62,575 bases of DNA, filler included, from Sluysia triapertura (GCA_046118255.1; 5 parts of 5 records of this genome joined end to end with filler, not necessarily neighbours in it), one strand, 5' to 3'; counted from the first letter of the whole stretch, positions 39,950-52,800 are shown. Notes: generated from the sequence alone by a model not told the origin. A program made the numbers and translations.

Positions 39950-42900
39950 AAAAATGGGAAGATTTACAAACATTCATAAAGAAGAGATAATTTTGGTTGT
40001 TGTCATATTGGAAAATTCAAAGGATTTTATTAATATATTAAAGGGGTAAAAAGAAAGAAACTATATTATTCACTTCAAACCAAGAAAAGGAAACCTAAAA
40101 GTAGAGAATTAATAGTTAAGTGGGATGTTGAAGAAAATTGTCTTTATAGATATTAAAAGAAGATTCTAGGGATAGCTTGATACACTGGTGTGCCAAACCA
40201 GTAATATCACCTTTACGGAAACCAAACTTTTTAAGGACAGGATCATTTTTTGGATCCGAAGAACCAACTACAAATGTGTCTAGGGAGACAAGACATTTGA
40301 TTTGGTCTTGGAGTTTTTGCGTCAGGTAATATTAAATGTTCAGGCCGTTTGAAAGTTTTCATAATCATCAATAGGGGATCTGATGTCTATGAGAAACAGT
40401 ACCTTGCGCTTGAATATCAGGTTGCCTATAATCTCTAACTAAGGGGTTTTGAGTATTTTTTTCACCGAAAAGCTCATTTGTTTTAGTTTACTAAGTAAAC
40501 ATTCTACAATTTTATTATACCTTACTGTACGGCCAGTGATGGTATGCGGGCAAAGAGATAATACATGGGCAAGAGTTTCTTTTTCGAAGCCAACGACAGG
40601 CAAGAGGAAGATTAAGTCGAATGTTTTGGAGACAAAAATTAAGTTTTAGAATATTATTCCTGGCTTTAGTCATGAAAATCCAACACTGGTTTCTTAACTG
40701 TATGGAAAAAAGACGACCAGTTAGAAGACTTTTCATTAAACATTCGACAAAGCAACCTTGAACTTTGCGGGATTTTCAGGAATTTGTGTTGGAAACGTTA
40801 ATCAGCTCATGCAAATATTTCCCCAATTTATCTCTATGAAACAGATTAAATGTGATTTCGAAATCTCCAAGGATGTCACATTTAACATTCAGTTTAATGT
40901 GTTCCTCACAATAAAAGAAGCTGACTCTCATTTTATATCTGAGGAACAGGTTAAGGATTGATTGACTAATTTTTGTCTACCATGTCTGAAGTCTTGCGCG
41001 TTTGTCGGCTTTAACGCCATTTAGCCATATAAGGGCATCAGACATATTATCATCCTTATTCACTCTGTCAGAAGCGACTCTGAGTATTTCTTCTAAAGTT
41101 AGGGTGCGAATTAGGGTTTTTCTACTATTAAAAAATCAGAAGGCACTTACTATATTCTGGCAGATATAGTCATCGTAAGAGAAAATTAAACTGAATCCAC
41201 CACGATTTTTATGGGCAAAGAAAAATGAATTGTTAAATGAAAAGTTTTTCAGACAGAGGAAGCACTTAAGTAAATGACGCATTTTCACATATCCAATTGT
41301 TTGTTCTTGGATTGCCTTACGTGAGGACTAGATAAGTTTTAAGTGTTTATATTCATATTGCGCAAAAGAAAGGGAAGGCGCAAGTGAATAAAGTTGCGAA
41401 ACATGATGAATTTGTTTCTGAAACTTAAAGTAGAATCCTGTATTTTACAGGCCAGAGTTAGGCTTCATTCAGGTCAATCAAATTATGTTTCTTGAGTTCA
41501 CAAAAGGGAACACCCAGGTAGATTTTTTCTCAATTTTTAATGTTCATAATTGGTGTGTTATTGATAAGTAGAAAGGTTTGTATTACATGGAATATTGTAA
41601 AAGTAGAAACATTTGTTGGGGCAAAAGATAAGATTCGCAGATTTCTCATGTTCTGCGATGGATGTAAGTGTTCTTTGAAGTAATTATGTTAAGTAGCAAT
41701 TAGTGCAATATCATCTGCTTAAGAAAGATAAGGGGAAATGATATTCCGTCAATTGATATGGAACCTTGACCAGAATTAAATCTGTGAAAGAGACAGAAAA
41801 GGATCATGGAGATAGGACAACCCTGTTTAACTCTACATTTGATTGAACGGGATTAGTTACAAGTTTGTTACATTTGTAACTCATAGGCCTTTGATAAGGT
41901 TTAGGGTATGTTGATTTAGACCCATGAGTGATAGAGTGTACTAGATCAGTTGGTGGGGGACAGAGCCAAAGGCATTGGCTAAATCAAGAATTATCACGTG
42001 AATCCATTGGAATGTAACAACGCTGCCTGCTGAGAGCTTATTAAGTTACCACTATGTATCCACTAAGAAGGCGATCGCTTAATATTTACAACGATCGATA
42101 TGTACAGTCGATATGTATAGGTCATCAGGATGAGACTTAGTGCGCAAGGTGGAATTTATTCGGTTTAATTATAAGTAGGGTGGTGAAGGTTTTCCAGGCC
42201 CGTGGCATTTTTTGAAGGGAAATAATTTTATTAAAGAAAAGACATAGAAATGTAGCCGAAAGATCTCCATTTTAAATATTTTCAAAAGTAATCTTGTTTG
42301 ATCCGGGAGCGGATTTTTTACAAGATTTTAGGGTGATCTGGATTTCTGTTTCAGTTATTGAATCATTACTTGATGCGTCTTTAAAGTAAGGCAGCATTCC
42401 AATCTGAGATGGATCGAAAGGAACGATCCCAGACCCATAGTATTGACAGATTTCAAGCGCTGAGGGAGTAAAAGGAAGGACTCGGTACCTGTAATCAATG
42501 GAATGTTTTAGCCTGAATCTGTTGAAACATTTTGTCCAAATCAAAATTGATAGATTCCGAATTGCGTGTTTCTGTTTAAGTTGTGAACTCTTTTTAAATT
42601 GAGAGAGGATATTTTGGGTGGTAAAAGTTTATGTATGAATTCACAAAATTCGGAAAACGCATCATCAATAGAAAGGTTATCCTTATGAATTCTATTACGA
42701 AGGGATTGAATAGAGAGATGTGGGTATTTACCTTTTGTGTTCTATATATTATTTTGTATATCAGGGTTACGTTTGTATTGTAGAGCGATATTACAAATAA
42801 AGGGATCACAATCACTAGGACCAACCTGAGTTGAGTAGGTTATACGTTTATGAAGGACCTCTTTTCTTGGTGGATATATTGGCAGTCGTGACATTTCTAA

Positions 42901-45150
42901 AAAAATTCACAAAGGAGATATAAGTGACAGGAATGGTTTCCAAAGGATCAACGATGCAATAAAAGTCGTTACTTCTGTTAAATATAAGAAGAATCCAGTG
43001 ATTTATCAATGTTTAGGATCCAGTAGAAATGTTACCAAGTTGCACTTTTGGGAATGGGAAAATTGTTTAGAAATGTTTTTTCATCATTGAACACTGCAAA
43101 GTTAGCAACAATAGAATCAATCACTACTGAGTTAGCGTCAGAGCCTATAGATAGTCAGTCGGACTGGTGGATAGAATCCAGATCATTGATAGTTGGGATA
43201 AAGTTAAGTTTAGTGGAGGTAGTATGAATTATTAGATGTTTGGAAAGCGATGTTAAGTTGTGAAAGACGAGAACAGGAGCATTTAATAACGAGCTTGGTA
43301 TAAATAAACTTACGTTTCTTACGCTGTTGTCGTTTGAGGCTATGGGAATCGTTAGGATTCAGTTTTTGTGTAATCTCGCAGGAGGTACACTGACCATGTT
43401 AGGAGAGAAGATACAGAATAAATGATTTGGGTGTCATTCTCCGGTACACAGGCATGATAGTGATTCTTTTCCCTGCGCCGCTGATGTTACTATTTAATAT
43501 ATTATTGTGCTCAATATGGGACATGGTGAATTCTTTCCATGTTTAGAATGTACCACAGGTGCACTTTACTTTTAATTCATTCGTAGGGTTAGTGAATTTG
43601 TGTTTCCTGATAAAGTGTCTACGGAGTTCACTACAATCAGAGAAGTTCTTAATTGTAAGGCCTTTCATGTTACAGTCAAGGAGGGAACATTTAATGCAAC
43701 CCTTAGGGGAGATAAAGATGTGGGAGTCAAATTTATGTATTACAATTGTTGAGTTACTTAAAGAAGTGATGCAGTCATCGAGGTCATCTGATGAAGAAAT
43801 TGACTGGTTCTCAGTGGTAGTGGCTTGTTCTTGCAATCAGGAACTTTCAGGACACTCGTTAGAAATAAGCTCAACAGCAGGGTCCTCACCGATCGTGGTG
43901 CAGGATAAATTTACATCAGAATCTTGCAGTGGTGTGTAGCGTGAGAGCTTTCTGGGATTATCTTTGGGGAAATAGGAGGAGGTAAAACAGTAGGAATTTG
44001 GGGTACAACAGTAGTCCTAGTAGGAATGGGACTATCAGCAGCTTTATGAATGGGAGGTTTTATCACTGCTTTAGTATGAGGTGCCAATTTTATCTAAAAA
44101 TTATTGTGTTTGAATGGTTTCTCTTTCCACTCAATTTGTTGGAGTAGGACTTGGCGATTACCATTATCTCTAAGTGGTAATTGAGGTCTGGGTCGATTAC
44201 GCTTGACCTTTTTAGGACGCTGGTTGTATGAAGCCTTGGGTTGTGAGACTGTCCATTGTATAAACCGGGTAGGTGGCAAGTCTTTACTAGACTTTGCAAC
44301 TTTGGCCGAAGTCGCTTGTCGTTGGTGAGGTGTGACAGTCCCCTGAAGAATGAGGGTGGGTAGTTTCATTGATTTTGTAATTTTCCTTTGATATCCTTCC
44401 AATGTGTCAAGTCTTTGGGTTTGTCAGTTTTTATAACCTCGTCACATCTTGCTTTATTTGGGGGATTTCAAAATCCCCATAATTTGTATCTCAGGGCATG
44501 GATGAGGTGCCGGTTTACTTTTATGGAAAAGTGGCTCAGGTTGAAGAAAGGCACGAATTGCCAGAGAATCAATTTTTAGAAGTGAGCGCTTAGCGCAAGT
44601 GCCTCCAAATACCCACAGACCATGACACCGCAGTCACATGAATTGGTCTGTAAGTGAATGGGAATGGGGAATTTTGGAAGAATGTGATATTCCTAAGATT
44701 TAGTAGGGTATATATGCGCTGACAGAGTCTTTTACCTTTAGCATTTGTATTTTGATCATTGTGTCGTCGAGAACATAAGCACAACCATCATTAGTATCAA
44801 TAACAAGGATAGAGGAATGAGCTCTAATGTACATAATTGGGCAGAAAGTTGGCAACCGGGTTTATATCCTTTGATTGATCTTTTAAAGAGGTAAATATTT
44901 TTGTAGTATGGTTCGCATAAGGACAATGTTAGTTGTAAGGGCAATGCTAGTTGTTCACAAGGAAGAAAAGTAAGACTCAACTTCGACTTCAAAGAACCAC
45001 AGGTCATTTGAATCAGGACCTCCCCCTATGCGTGATTTAGAATGGACGAAAGGATATATGGTTTTATTGGTAGGACAACTCCCCTATAGAATGGGAAAAT
45101 AAAGATGGGATGAAAGGACAACCCCTTACATATTTTACAAAGTAGGGACG
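39950..45150 (-). mobile_element. NeSL-type (RLE clade) non-LTR retrotransposon with Ulp1 protease, decayed
   Basis: In order on the minus strand: DLWFFEVEVESYF, PIMYIRAHSSILVID..YVLDD (44763-44845), QTNSCDCGVMV (Ulp1/C48; 44618-44650), C2H2 fingers (43230-43700), KSAPG (~42305-42320), LDLANAFGSVPH (~41953-41990), VKQGCPISMILF (~41800-41832), *ADDIALIA (~41696-41722), YLGVP (~41510), CCHC CR..ETLAHVLSLC..RYN (40510-40600), RQPDI (~40420) and FVVGS (~40265). Boundaries approximate. Confidence 0.92.
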
Positions 45151-45269
45151 ACAATAAATAAATAAAAATAAAAATGATTGGCATATATAAATTATGAAAA
45201 CATCATACAAACAATTAAAGTTCAAACATAAAGATAGGATCATAACATTTATTAAAAAATATACAAATT

Positions 45270-46400
45270 GTGAAACGGCAGCAGTTTGGTCATGGCCTTG
45301 ACCCCAGCAACAGAACTCTCGATCGTTAGGATAACCATCTTCGGGTTCGAAAAATGCAGCAACACTGGTAGGTCTAGATGTGTCATCCACAGTACCATCT
45401 TCATTCCAGTCAGGAACAACTGGAACAGAAGCGATTACTGCGTGGCAACCACGAGCAGCAATATTTCCATCACCACCAATATCTTGTTCTTCTAGTTGAG
45501 TTGAAGTTGCAGTAGCAGGACCTGTGTCATTATCGGTGAAATCATCACATTCTTCTTTAGCGTCTTCTTTTACATCTGGACCATCATTGTCATCATCTTC
45601 AACTTCATTAGGAACAACATTTTCTTTTTCACAAGCATGATGGTATTATCATCTTCATCTTCATCGTTTTCTTCGTCATTGTTATGCTACTCATAAACTG
45701 GATCTTCATCTTTACCATCACCTCATTCTAATTCATCTTCATCAACATCTTCTTCAGGAGAAACTGCATCTCTGGTACCAAGAATACGTTTTTTCCTTCG
45801 GGATGGGGTTTCGGCATCATGATCTGTATCATATTCTTCATCAAAATCACAAACTGCATCTTTATCTTCATCATCATCTCCATCGGCATCTTCAGCATCA
45901 CTAGTATGTTGTTCTGCCCAGGATGAGCTTATAGTAGCAAAATCGGTATTAACATCAGTATAATCATCGTCGTCTGTATCATCATCTAATTCATCTGGAT
46001 CTGGGTCATCTTTAGTTTCTACATCTTCATCTACAACATGGGTAACATCATCTGCACTAGGAACATCATCTGCAACATCTTCAGAATCATTATAATCATC
46101 ATATTTTTCTTGGTTTGGATCATTATCTTCTTCGTCATCATCTTCAGATTCATCAACATTTTCATCATCTTCTTGCTTTTCATCATTGCTTCACTAGGAT
46201 TAGACACAGAAATGAATCTGGTACCTAGTACAAGTGAGAGGTAACTCACATCAGTTTCTTTAAAAATGGCATTGTTGCAGGCACCATCCATCCATACTGA
46301 CCTGGAAGGCAACTCGGGATGATTATGAAAGAGGTACCTCAATATTCGACACATAGGTATTGTGCACTCCGGAAAAACTTTCTTAAAGTGACAAAATGCC
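45270..46400 (-). pseudogene. Disrupted ORF with a short Cys/His N-terminal region and a long Asp/Glu-rich tract
   Basis: FCHFKKVFPECTIPMCRILRYLFHNHPELP..., then about 250 codons dominated by GAT/GAA with a basic patch PSRRKKR, ending FEPEDGYPNDREFCCWG; at least three frameshifts and two in-frame stops. Confidence 0.6.
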
Positions 46401-46462
46401 TTTTATTACAGTCAATTATACTATCATTATTCTAAATGGTATTTTAGGTCTTTACGTCAACA
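46401..46462 (-). mobile_element. Family A 5' terminus/leader without tRNA, fused to the acidic ORF
   Basis: Minus strand TGTTGACGTAAAGACCTAAAATACCATTTAGAATAATGATAGTATAATTGACTGTAATAAAA aligns with the leaders at 22643 and 10154. Confidence 0.7.
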
Positions 46463-46506
46463 AATGAACATGATATTAAATTAATTTTAGTTACATTACA
46501 GAAGAT

Positions 46507-46577
46507 AGCTTTCAGTCCAGACTAACAACTTTATTTTAATATCCTAAATGGCACTTATTTAGACCTGTACCTCAACA
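46507..46577 (-). mobile_element. Family A 5' half (leader, acceptor 5' strand) of the split copy
   Basis: AGCTTTCAGTCCAGACTAACAA (18/22 to consensus)...AAATGGCAC...CTCAACA, followed by GAAG (46578-81). Confidence 0.8.
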
Positions 46578-49500
46578 GAAGTGCAAGTGTTATGACTTAA
46601 AAAGACTTAACTTATGTTTGCAAAAAAGATTCTGGAGGTTGGTTCGCCTAACAGATACGATTTAAATCGGAACGAAGGCAGTATATTAGGATTTTAAATT
46701 TAAGAATGTAATATTTTAAGTTTAAGAATAGTCACATATCAATTTAAAACTTTCAAATCGGGTATGTAGTATTTACTGAAGACAAATATATTCAATTAAA
46801 ATTATATTTTGAGTCTTCTTACGGTCTAAAATGCAATGATAAAACTCAGATTTCAAGTCTAACAAAATAATTGTATTTTAAAAAATTAAGCTAGCTTTAT
46901 TACGGTCTAGCAGAATAAGAATTGATCTTAAATCCTCCTACTGTAATAGCACAATGTAAGACTAATGCAATTTATTACTGCTTAAAATAAAGGCTATACA
47001 ACTGCCTTGACAACAAAAACAAGAATATCAAGTATAAAAGCAAATTACAAAATATAATAATAATGATTTGGCCACTTAAAAATTTTTGTTTTTAGTGGAA
47101 TGATTTTATATTTAATTTGACTTAGCCTTATTACGATCCAAGTAAAAAATAATTTTATTCTGAGTAGATTTTAAATTCTCCCGGTTACGGTGAGAATTAT
47201 AAACTTAAAGAAAAACATTCTTACTTTCATCGATTTTTTTATTTTTTAACAAATGACGATTAGAAAATTTGGTTAAATATGGCTGCTAAAATCCAGCGCT
47301 TATATACTAAATTTTAGCCGCCATATTTGTTTTCTTTTCTCATTTATAAAATGATTCATTTAAAAAAATTTACAATTTTTCATAAATTGATTTGTTTAAA
47401 CAAAAGTTATAATTTTAAGTTATAAAATTTTAATTTACTTTATTTAATTTATAAAAATAATAATTAATTTAATCAAATTTATAAATATATTATTATAATA
47501 ATTGATATAGAAATTAAAATATTTGAAATAAATAATAAAATAAAACATAAATGCATAAATTAAAGTTAATCAAAAGTTATATCTAAAATCAAAAGGTTAT
47601 ACCCAATAGAAGGAATAGTTTGAAATTCAAAAGTATTCACCTCGAACTATTTGAGATGCAGCATAGAAGGTACGAGTGATTAAGCGTAAAACATGTTGAT
47701 TTAGTGATAAAGCAAATGCAAATTATGATGAGATAAAGGTTAAAGCAGACATAAAGTATGGTTAATGAAATGTTAAATGTTAAATCAAACGCAAAAAGTT
47801 ATGAACAAAGGCTGAATGAGGATGAATATAAACAGCTGTGTATCCAGTACAGATGATGTTAAGCTGTATCAAGTTAAGCTAATCTAACTGTAAAGACTAC
47901 TATAGAAGGCAATCTGGAATTATAAAATAAAAATAAAAATAAAAAAAAAATAATAATGATAATAATAAAAATAATAATAATGAAATATTAATTAAAATTA
48001 AAGAAGTAATTACTTGAGAATCGAATATTGTTTCTTAAATGAAAAGTAAATATAAAATGTTAAAAGATTTACTTTGGATTTTAGACTGTCATTTAATATA
48101 ACAAATAAACCTTAAAAATCTAAATAAAAATAAATAAAAAATGTTTAATTTTAATTTGAAAAATATATAAAAACATATTTTCGTAAATAGCTGATTTGGT
48201 ATAAAATCTAAGATCAAAATAAAACAACCACAATAAAAAGTTTAATTATCATGTCGTGGAAATTACTCTGCGTGGTTTTACATTACACGTATATTGAATT
48301 GAGACAGTGTTATCGGAAAAATATTGTTGGAGTTTTTTTGGTAATTCAATTTGTTCCTGTATTGTTCTAGTTGATATTGAATTGTTTGAAAATATTTGTA
48401 TTCCAAAGTTTAAACAGATTGATCATATTGAACATTATCTAATAAGCAGTTTTTACGTAAATTTTTTAAGTTTGCAATTATAAAATTTTTGTATCCATTA
48501 AGAGACAATTTATTTACGTAAAATCTTGTTAAATAATCTCTAGTTTCGCTAGAGAAAATTTATTTAGTAAAATCTTCGAAAATCTTTAGAATATCACTTT
48601 CTAATTATAAATTGTTTATATATATATGCGCTAGATATGCTAGATATTTACTTGATAAGCGAGAATAAAAATGAGAATAAAAGTGAGTTCACAAACGTAC
48701 TAGTCTTACAATTAAGGCTAGCCGTTAAATTTAAAATGAAGCAAATTTCTTAACTTTGTGAAGGTAGATTCATTTATATTTTCTCTGATTCTTATATGTG
48801 ATTAGAATATTAAAGGAGATGTTAGTTTTTTCTATAGTTCTTAAAAGGAACTAATGATCTAAAAATACTTGCTCCGGTTCGTAAAAATAAACCGATATTT
48901 AATTATATTTTAATTTTCTCAATTAACTAATATGTATTAATAAAATTTTAATGCAAATAAAAATCAAATATAATATAAATGATTATATTACGTAGATTAA
49001 CTTTTAATCGATAATCGTTTAGTTAGATTTTAAAATGTAATTTTACTAAGTTAATATTAAACGTTAACTCAAATATTTATTAAAAGAAAGTACGTATATT
49101 TTACTCTGAGGTTTTAAACTACCGCTTTACCTTAAAAAAATAAAAACTAACCACTACTAATGGAGAAATAAAATAAATCGATAAATTGTCTAATGTATAG
49201 TCTTCCACTAGCTTGAAATCATTTAGCTCCAAAATATTTTGTTTAATCACAAAAATTGTATGTAAATGTTCAAAAAATTCCAGCTTTAATGCTAGATTAT
49301 TTTGACCTTGGATGATAATTAAAACAAAATTAATTTAAGAATTAGTCGTTAGTTTTCAAATTATTATTAATTATTATTAATTATTATTCAAATTATTAAA
49401 CGATTAAAGATTTTGAAACGATTTTAAAACGATTAAAAATAAACTTACATTAATATTAAATCCGATAAAATTATATAATAATATCATAAAATCGATAAAA

Positions 49501-49649
49501 TATAAATAGACATTTAAATATAAATAGTCAAGTAATTAAATATTCACACAATTACATATTTATTTGGAATTTTTATAAACCTTTTTGTTTAATCGTTGTG
49601 CATAATAAACATTTAGAGACTTTTGAATCTTTGTGTTGTTAAATTAAGA

Positions 49650-50500
49650 ATAACAGAGAAAATTAAGAAGTAAAGATAAATACTTTTAAAGTTAAAGTAA
49701 AATGTTTAATATAGAATAGTTTAAAGAGTCAAATAAAAGAGAATTTATATTAATTTTGACAAAGATTTCATAATACAAAGTTATATTTTTGAAAAAGAAA
49801 AATAAGAGAAGATAAAATTCTTAAAAAGTTAATAAAGAAATTTAATCATAAAATAATTAATTTTTCAGAAATTAGTATGGAGTTGCTTCATTAACTAAAT
49901 TAATAGAAAAGTAGTTCATTTAGATAACAAAATGTGATAAATGCCTAATAATATTGTATTGTTTAAGGAAAATAAACTATGAATTTAGGAGATTTATAGA
50001 CCCTCTTTAAAATTTAATAAAATTCTATGAGAACGTAGCGTTAAGCACAAACCGTTAATTGTAGGTGAACCTTATTTGAAATATAATTTGCTAAATAGTA
50101 AGAAAAACACTAGCAAAACAAGTCTTGAAATAATGGTTATAAAAGAAGAAATTCGTCGTTTATAATGGAATATCACGATTTAAAGTCTGGCATTTAAATA
50201 ATTATATCAAAATTTTGCTTGTTTTGAAACTCTTTTCTTTTTATTTGTATAAAAGTTTAGATATTAATTTTTTTAAAAGTAATTCATCCCCCAGACTTAA
50301 TATTGATAATGTGCTAAATTAATAAATATATTAGAAATAATGCAGTGTCAGTAAATAAAAAAATTTTCGGATTTCATATTCATGTTTAAATAAACTACGT
50401 TAAACTCGTTTGATGATAAATTTAAAAAATACGAGAGAACAACTAGATGAGGAAATTGGTAAGGATATCTTATTTTTAATAAAGTGAGGAAATTATAAAC
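49650..50500 (+). pseudogene. Decayed Tc1-family transposase
   Basis: LVWSCF (~49872, cf. VWGCF) and frameshifted SPDLN.IDNV (~50286-50312, cf. SPDLNPIENLW). Confidence 0.6.
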
Positions 50501-50631
50501 TAGTGTTAATTAAAATTAGAAAAAATCAAAAATTGAGTAAAATTTTGAAAGATAACATAGTATTTCTTTTAAAAGCCATAATTAAACTTAACTATATGTA
50601 TAAACTTGATAATTGTACATTTACTTTTCAA

Positions 50632-50770
50632 TTGCTGGGTTCTTTTCTAATCTAAAAGTTTACCTACAGCAAAAATAATTAATATTTATGAGTCCGTTTA
50701 CAGTATACGACTTATCTGTGGCGTACCTGTAAAATCACTTAAAGTAATTATTAAAATTAACTCTTTAAAA
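50632..50770 (-). repeat. Inverted copy of 14379-14520
   Basis: Direct alignment by eye, high identity. Confidence 0.8.
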
Positions 50771-52119
50771 AACGTTCAATTTCTGTCTGACACTGTTTAA
50801 GTAAAAAACGGTTAATTTATGATCGAAATTGAATAAAGCTAAACTAAATCAATCTTTAAATTCAACAGTTTAGTTTAAAAAATGTGAATCTAATATCCCT
50901 TACTACCAACAACAAATTACTCCGAAATAACTAATTTTCTACTTGAATCTTAATATCCTTAGTTCTCTTGGAATAAAATAATAAAACACAAAAGAATTTG
51001 ATATTTTTATTAATTAAATGAACGTCTAAAAATGTGGTATTAAGTATAGTAAAATATTTAAGATAAAAAACTATAAACTAGTGATAACAACAAAAAATTA
51101 TTAAAAATATCGAAATGTGCTCCAAATGACAATAATAAATGTATAATAATAAATACGCACTTTAATATAATAAGAGTGTAGCTTTAAAAACTCCACCCTA
51201 TGATAATAAAGTTGTGATTGATCTTAAGGACCAACAAAAAGTATATGAATTTATATTTTAGAAATAATTTTATTAATCGATCTTAAGGATCAATCGTACA
51301 AAGAAGATTTTAAGTAGAAGTTNNNNNNNNNNNNNNNNNNNNNNNNNNNNNNNNNNNNNNNNNNNNTTAATTAATTAANNNNNNNNNNNNNNNNNNNNNN
51401 NNNNNNNNNNNNNNNNNNNNNNAAGGGTGTGATGGGTGATGTTGTTTTATGTGATGAAATTTTATTTTATTATTGAGTTAAGGGGTTGGCCACTACAAAG
51501 ATTATTAATTATTTTCTTTTTTAAATAATTATTTTGTAAATTTAATATTTTCGTAATATTAATAAGTAAATTATTTTGAAAATTATTATTATTGTTATCA
51601 CTAATTTAGGTATTGCTAATTTATGTCGAGAGATGATATGTTTGAATGCACCATATTAATTCTAAATTACAAAGAACTTTGTTTTCTTTTTAAATACATC
51701 TTAATTTTCGATTTGACATTTTTGCGAATATAGTTGTGGAATTTCCGAAATACAAATGTTATGTAAACCATCATCTACCTTATTACCGTATGTATCATTA
51801 TCAAGTCATTCATTCATTCATTATCCTCGAGAAATATTAATGTCTTTGATGTGATCGAGTGGTAGAATATTGTGAGTTTTGGTAATTAAATAAGTAGTTA
51901 ACAAGGGTTTTAATTTAAAAAATGCATTAATTAAATTAGTCGGAATTAGTTCACAGAATTCAGACTTAAGGTTCGTTACGAAAACTAGAAATTCAAAATA
52001 AAACTTAGGCTTAAGACCGTGTCTAATCTTTTTAATTGTCAAGTATAAAGCAAAACAAATATTCATTTTATCTATTTCAAAAATAAAGTTTAAATTTTTA
52101 CAACAACAATAATAATAAT

Positions 52120-52800
52120 ATGTATAAAGTGCGATATCAGTGCATGATACAAAATAAAAACTTGAATTAAATAAAACCTTACTGGCCAGAAAGGCTTTAA
52201 CTTCAGCTTCCATTTTAAATGAACTATCAGTTTGAATTAGAGATAAAGCAACAACCATTTCTTTATAAGATTTAATAAAAATTAAATCGTCTAGAGTAAC
52301 AATATCAGCTAGTATCCCGCGTCAGGTCCATTACTGATTTAACATGAGAACATTTGAATTTGATTCTAATAGTTTTTTTTACATCACCAATGATTAAATC
52401 TGCTGGCAGATTATGCGTGAACTTGTCTTTAAGATACACTACAGTATATTATAAATGATTTAGCTTACCTTCGACTTCATCTTCACAAGTAATATCGGTC
52501 GTTGGATTGCATAATCCAGGTTTAAAGCAATTTAAAATTTGTGAATTAAAAACACTTAATTTTGGTTCTAATAATTTCTCTAAATCGCCAATGTTTAGTT
52601 CGCCAATGGATAGACTTTCCTTCAAAATATACCACAGTAAATTCTAAATGGCTTATCTTACCTTCGGCTTCATTGATAACTTGTTCACAAGGATTAGGTA
52701 CCTCATTGAAGAGGGTTCCTAACAATTCATCGCCTTTGCTACTTTTATTATTCATCTCAATTCTGTTCATGAAAGCCGCACGAAAACATTTGGCATACAA
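52120..52800 (-). pseudogene. Disrupted ORF with an internally duplicated ~65 aa module, function unknown
   Basis: NEAEGKISHLEFTVVYFEGKSIH..IGD and DEVEGKLNHL*YTVVYLKDKFTH..IGD occur in tandem; stops and frameshifts. Confidence 0.5.

Noticed and set aside
41696-41725. Alternative genetic code suggested by in-frame TAA/TAG in many remnants
   Set aside because: The stops fall where different residues are expected (for example Tyr of YADD) and co-occur with frameshifts; the intact gene ends in TAA.
39793-45130. TGTAAGGG...CCCTTACA inverted ends making the LINE look like a TIR element
   Set aside because: Only 8 bp, and the 45130 arm belongs to the triple micro-repeat upstream of Ulp1, so it is probably coincidental.
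46031-46354. Met/Lys-rich ORF and the antisense Ile/Phe-rich ORF 46038-46244
   Set aside because: Alternative-frame readings of the GAT/GAA-rich acidic tract.
46588-46864. TGTTATGACTT...AAGTCTAACA inverted pair resembling family A 3' ends
   Set aside because: No tRNA or leader inside, and the flanks (CAAG/AAAT) do not form a TSD.
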